From Alphaproteobacteria bacterium (lineage in GTDB: Bacteria; Pseudomonadota; Alphaproteobacteria; UBA828): DNA of 64,000 nt. Shown piece by piece: positions 60,220 to 64,000 of the stretch (the stretch's first letter is position 1; each line of letters starts with the position of its first letter). The translations under genes and the position numbers were made by a program. The stretch spans positions 192,001 to 256,000 of the forward strand of contig CBDCQT010000013.1 of NCBI GenBank assembly GCA_965220745.1, given 5' to 3'. The notes beneath the pieces are model-generated. The model searched no databases and was not told where the DNA came from. It saw only the letters and a program-made list of their open reading frames with translations.

Positions 60220-61680
60220 CTACGCCGCCTGCTTCGACTTGAAGCCGTTCTCCTCGATCCAGCGGGTGGTGTCGTCAAGGGCGGCTGTGAAGCGGCGCAT
60301 CATCTCCTCGACCTCGGCTTCGGTCATTACCAATGGCGGGGCGAAGGCGAGGCTGTCGCCGGCGAGCGCACTTCTGATGATGAGGCCATGCTCGCGGGCA
60401 CGGTCCACGGCATAGGTCTTCACACCGAATGACGGGTCGAAGGAACGCCGGGTCTCCTTGTCCGCCACCAGCTCGATGGCGCCCATCATGCCGACGCCGC
60501 GCGTGGTCCCCACCAACGGGTGGTCGGCGAAGCCCCGGATGCGCTCCTGCAGCAGTGCGCCAACGCGGCGCACATTGCCGAGCACGTCACGCTCCTCCAT
60601 CAGCTCCTGGCAGCGGAGCGCGACGGCAACCGCCACCGGGTGGCCGGTGGTGGTGAAGGCGTGGGCAAAGAAGCCCAGTTTGCGGCTCTCGGCCAGCATG
60701 GCGTCGTAGAGCTTCTGGTTGATCATCACCGCCGAGATCGGCTGATAGGCGCTGGCCAGTCCCTTGGCGAGAGAAAGGCCGTCCGGCCGGATGTTGAAGG
60801 TCTCCGACCCCAGCCAGCTGCCGGTCCTGCCTGAGCCGGTGATGACCTCGTCGGCGAAGAACAGAATCTCGTACTTGTCGAGGACCGCCTGCACCTTCTC
60901 GAAGTAGGTTTTGGGCGGCACGATGCAGCCGCCGCCGCCCATCACGGGCTCGGCGAAGAAGGCCGCAACGGTTTCCGGACCCTCCTTCACGATCAGCTCT
61001 TCGAGATTGGCGGCGAGCCTCGAAGCGTAGTCCTCCTCGCTCTCGCCCGGCTCGCCATAGCGGTAAAAGTGCGGGCAGTCGGTCTTGAGGAAGAGGTCGT
61101 TGACCGGCAGGTCGAAATCCGTGTGCATCTGCGGGATGCCGGTGACGCTGGCCGCGCCGCAGGTCACACCGTGGAAGCCCATGAAACGGGAGATGATCTT
61201 CTTCTTCTCCGGCTTGCCGATGGCGTTGTGGTAGTACCAGGCGAGCTTGACCAGCGTGTCGTTGGCCTCCGAGCCCGAGTTGGCGAAGAAGACTCTGGCC
61301 ATGGGCACGTGGGTCGAGCCCTTGAGCCGCTCGGCGAGACGCCCCATGGGCTCGGTCGTTTTGTCGATCAGCGAGTGGTAGTAGGGAAGGGCGCGGAACT
61401 GCTCGATCGCGGCATCGACCAGCTCGCTTTCGCTGAAGCCAAAGTTGGCGCACCACATGCCGGCGACGCCCTCGATGTAGTCGCGGCCCTCCTCGTCGAT
61501 GATGGAGACGCCTTTCCCTCGGGTGACCACAAGCGGCGGCGTCCTCTCCAGCGCGTCGAGATTGCCGTAGCCGTGGGCGACGTGAGCCACGTTGCGCGCG
61601 CCGAGGGAATTCGGCTTGCTGATCGGCGCGGCGCTCTCGGTGCCGCCGTTATCGGGTCTGCTGCTGGCATCGTCCATCAC
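60220..61680 (-). CDS. Class III (omega) aminotransferase
   Basis: AGMWC, NSGSEAND, FHG, AFFAEPVMG, ADEVITG, LAKG. Confidence 0.93.
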   Translation of the reverse strand: MMDDASSRPDNGGTESAAPISKPNSLGARNVAHVAHGYGNLDALERTPPLVVTRGKGVSIIDEEGRDYIEGVAGMWCANFGFSESELVDAAIEQFRALPYYHSLIDKTTEPMGRLAERLKGSTHVPMARVFFANSGSEANDTLVKLAWYYHNAIGKPEKKKIISRFMGFHGVTCGAASVTGIPQMHTDFDLPVNDLFLKTDCPHFYRYGEPGESEEDYASRLAANLEELIVKEGPETVAAFFAEPVMGGGGCIVPPKTYFEKVQAVLDKYEILFFADEVITGSGRTGSWLGSETFNIRPDGLSLAKGLASAYQPISAVMINQKLYDAMLAESRKLGFFAHAFTTTGHPVAVAVALRCQELMEERDVLGNVRRVGALLQERIRGFADHPLVGTTRGVGMMGAIELVADKETRRSFDPSFGVKTYAVDRAREHGLIIRSALAGDSLAFAPPLVMTEAEVEEMMRRFTAALDDTTRWIEENGFKSKQAA

Positions 61681-61824
61681 GGGCCGTCTCCGTCTCTTGG
61701 GGCCACCGGCGGGAGCGAGCGTCCGGCGAGGTCAGGCGTTTAAAGAGCACCGGGCCACACGCCCGGTCAGCGCGACCGCTCCGGCACCGGCCGATACTGC
61801 GGATGCCGGAGCGATATCGGTTTC

Positions 61825-62916
61825 CTACGCGGCGAGGGGATATTCCTCGTAGTCGGATTCGCAGGGCTGCGTGTCGGTGATGTGGAGCGTCCGCTGCTTC
61901 AGCGAGATCATGATGGAGTGGTTGGTCTGCAGCCTCAGCGTCTCCGCCTCTTCCTCGTCATAGTGTGCGCAGATCGAGTGCGGATAGCCGAAGTGGTCCG
62001 CCATCGCCGATCTGATGGTCTCCGAATCGAGCTCCTGCGACTGACGCAGCAACCGCTCCAGGCGCACATGGCGGTACATCGTGTTGGGCCAGAGCTTCAC
62101 CACTTCCGACTCCACGTCCAGCTTGCAGAAGTGGTTGGAGTGAGTGAGCAGACCGTCATCCGGGTAGATGAAGGCTTCCTTGTCCGGGCTCGTCTCGATG
62201 TCGATGGCGATGCCGTCCTCATGGGCGATGAGGAAGTTCATCGATACCGAGCGATTGGTACCGCAGATCGCCAGGATGGCCTCCTGCATGTTGCGGGCGT
62301 TCATGATGTCGCGCACGCGCATGCGGTAGGGCTTCTCGTATTCGTACTTGCCGTCCTCCGGGGTCAGCAGCGCGTTGATGACCACGCCGATGCCGTTCTC
62401 GTTGACGCCCTGGAGGCCGCCGATGGTACCGACCTCGCCGATGTGGATGAAGTCGGGCCCATCGTCCCGATGCACCCGCGAGACCACGGTGTTGATGTCC
62501 TTCACCCAGTCCCAATTCTGGCCGATCATCGTGTCGCCGTTCTTCGAGCGCTCGGGCAACACGGCGAACGAGGTGCAGGCATCCATGGCGGTGGGCTGGT
62601 ATTGCGCCTGTGCGTCGCTCTTCATCATGTTCACGAGCATTTCGTAGCGCACGTTGAGGAGGGTGATTTCCTCCAGGCTGCGGCCCGAACCCTCGACCAC
62701 GCCATCGATCTCCTCCCAGAAGATCGGGTCCTTGGGCCTCAGCGCCTCGGCCCACCTGGCCGATTCGGCCATCAATGCACCTTTCTCGAAGCCCAGAATC
62801 TGGAAGCGCTTGAGATAGCGCTCGAGGTTCTGGCTGATCTCCTTCGACATGATCTCGCCGTGAACGCGGCCACGATCCCTGGGATCACCGGTCAGGTTGA
62901 GCACTGGCTTGGTCAT
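61825..62916 (-). CDS. C45-family Ntn hydrolase / acyltransferase
   Basis: RGRVHG, LNVRYE, autoproteolytic ACTS Cys, GQNWDW, GVNENG, THSNHF. Confidence 0.87.
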   Translation of the reverse strand: MTKPVLNLTGDPRDRGRVHGEIMSKEISQNLERYLKRFQILGFEKGALMAESARWAEALRPKDPIFWEEIDGVVEGSGRSLEEITLLNVRYEMLVNMMKSDAQAQYQPTAMDACTSFAVLPERSKNGDTMIGQNWDWVKDINTVVSRVHRDDGPDFIHIGEVGTIGGLQGVNENGIGVVINALLTPEDGKYEYEKPYRMRVRDIMNARNMQEAILAICGTNRSVSMNFLIAHEDGIAIDIETSPDKEAFIYPDDGLLTHSNHFCKLDVESEVVKLWPNTMYRHVRLERLLRQSQELDSETIRSAMADHFGYPHSICAHYDEEEAETLRLQTNHSIMISLKQRTLHITDTQPCESDYEEYPLAA

Positions 62917-63191
62917 CGATCGCCTCCTGCATGGTCCCGTCGTGCGAATTGATCGCTTGTTCTTTGCCGCACGAACGAGCCGGTCGAATTCGTTGCCAGC
63001 GGAGAATAGCGCGGCGGCTGGAGCAAGAGAAGGCGGAAAGAGCGCAACGGTATGGGCGGACCGGAAGCGGCACGCGCGGCTCTACGTCGATGGAGAGAAG
63101 CCGCGGCAGTGCTCTCGTGCTACCGTTGCGGCGTTGGGACTCGCCGCTTCCCCGAGAAGCGGGGAGACGGCTCCACCGGTCGGAGGCCGCC

Positions 63192-64000
63192 ATGAAGACG
63201 ATACCAGCGACCCTTTCGGTCATTTTGGCGACGGTGCTGCTCGCCGGGACGAGCGCCGCCGAGACCTCTCTCGAGCGGGGTACCTACCTGATGGACAGCG
63301 TCGCCGCCTGCCCGGTCTGTCACACGCCGTGGACCGAGGACGGCCAGATCGCCGACATGCATATGGCGGGTGGTCTGATGTTCGAGGAGGATGACTACAC
63401 CGCCTACGCGTCCAACATCACGCCCGACCCCGAGACCGGAATCGGCAGCTGGAGCGACGAGGAGATCATCACCGCGATCCGCGAGGGTAAACGGCCGGAC
63501 GGTTCGATCATCGGCCCGGCCATGCCGATCTCGCTTTATCGGGGCCTCTCGGATCGGGACGTGCAGGCGATCGTCGCCTACCTGCGCTCGATCCCGGCTA
63601 TCAGGAACGAGGTGCCGGCCTCCGAGTACGAGATCGAGTTGCCTGCCGATTACGGCCCGCCGCTCGGCGAGGTGCCCGAGGTCGCGTACTACGATCTCGG
63701 CGCCTACGGTGAATATCTGGCGGGCCCGATTGCCAACTGCACGTACTGCCATACACCGATCGAGAATGGCTGGCGGGACTACGAGAACATGCTGGGCGCC
63801 GGCGGCCACGAGATGGAGGGGCCCTGGGGCGAGACCGTGGCCCGCAACATCACGCCGGATTGGGGCACAGGACTCGGCCGCTGGAATAGCCGAAAGATGC
63901 GCACGGCCATCACCAAAGGGCTGAGGCCAGACGGCGACGAGCTCGGCCCCCCCATGCCTTACGCGCGCTACGACACGATGGATCGCCAGGACCTCAGTGC
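63192..64000 (+). CDS. Periplasmic diheme cytochrome c (partial, runs off window end; absent from the ORF track)
   Basis: GGAGG RBS, ATG 63192, signal peptide MKTIPATLSVILATVLLAGTSAA, CPVCH and CTYCH, repeated NITPD..G.G.W and PAMP/PPMP. Confidence 0.9.
   Translation, partial: MKTIPATLSVILATVLLAGTSAAETSLERGTYLMDSVAACPVCHTPWTEDGQIADMHMAGGLMFEEDDYTAYASNITPDPETGIGSWSDEEIITAIREGKRPDGSIIGPAMPISLYRGLSDRDVQAIVAYLRSIPAIRNEVPASEYEIELPADYGPPLGEVPEVAYYDLGAYGEYLAGPIANCTYCHTPIENGWRDYENMLGAGGHEMEGPWGETVARNITPDWGTGLGRWNSRKMRTAITKGLRPDGDELGPPMPYARYDTMDRQDLS

Noticed and set aside
51759-62916. IPNS-like oxygenase plus C45 acyltransferase as a beta-lactam cluster
   Set aside because: They are 9 kb apart, there is no ACV synthetase or NRPS, and both families are broad
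1-64000. CRISPR arrays, tRNA/rRNA, IS elements, integrases, riboswitches
   Set aside because: No repeat-spacer periodicity, cloverleaf or transposase motifs seen by eye; small structured RNAs cannot be excluded without an Infernal/Rfam search

Overview
This GC-rich window looks alphaproteobacterial, judged from gene order and protein sequences. It has a housekeeping backbone: the end of nuoF, nuoGHIJKLMN, birA, coaX, rnj, mce, a DUF1467 gene, and later proS-lolE-lolD. About 16 kb of accessory genes sit between DUF1467 and proS, and about 30 kb more follow lolD. The accessory genes include three solute-binding proteins, two ABC permease sets, Fe/2OG dioxygenases, an OYE-family flavoenzyme, an amidase, hydantoinase B/A, class-III aminotransferases, a C45 hydrolase, three type II toxin-antitoxin pairs (one with a frameshifted toxin) and a diheme cytochrome c cut by the window edge. 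I found no rRNA, tRNA, CRISPR array, transposase or integrase. The best leads are: a self-promoted STAS plus GOLPH3/GPP34-family two-gene unit; a near-identical 36-nt promoter-like element upstream of two catabolic genes, with weaker relatives elsewhere and no local regulator; an in-frame fusion of a periplasmic binding protein to a VOC domain; and several enzymes with rewired catalytic motifs (Alr-fold, OYE, enolase superfamily). All family calls come from motif recognition, not database searches.
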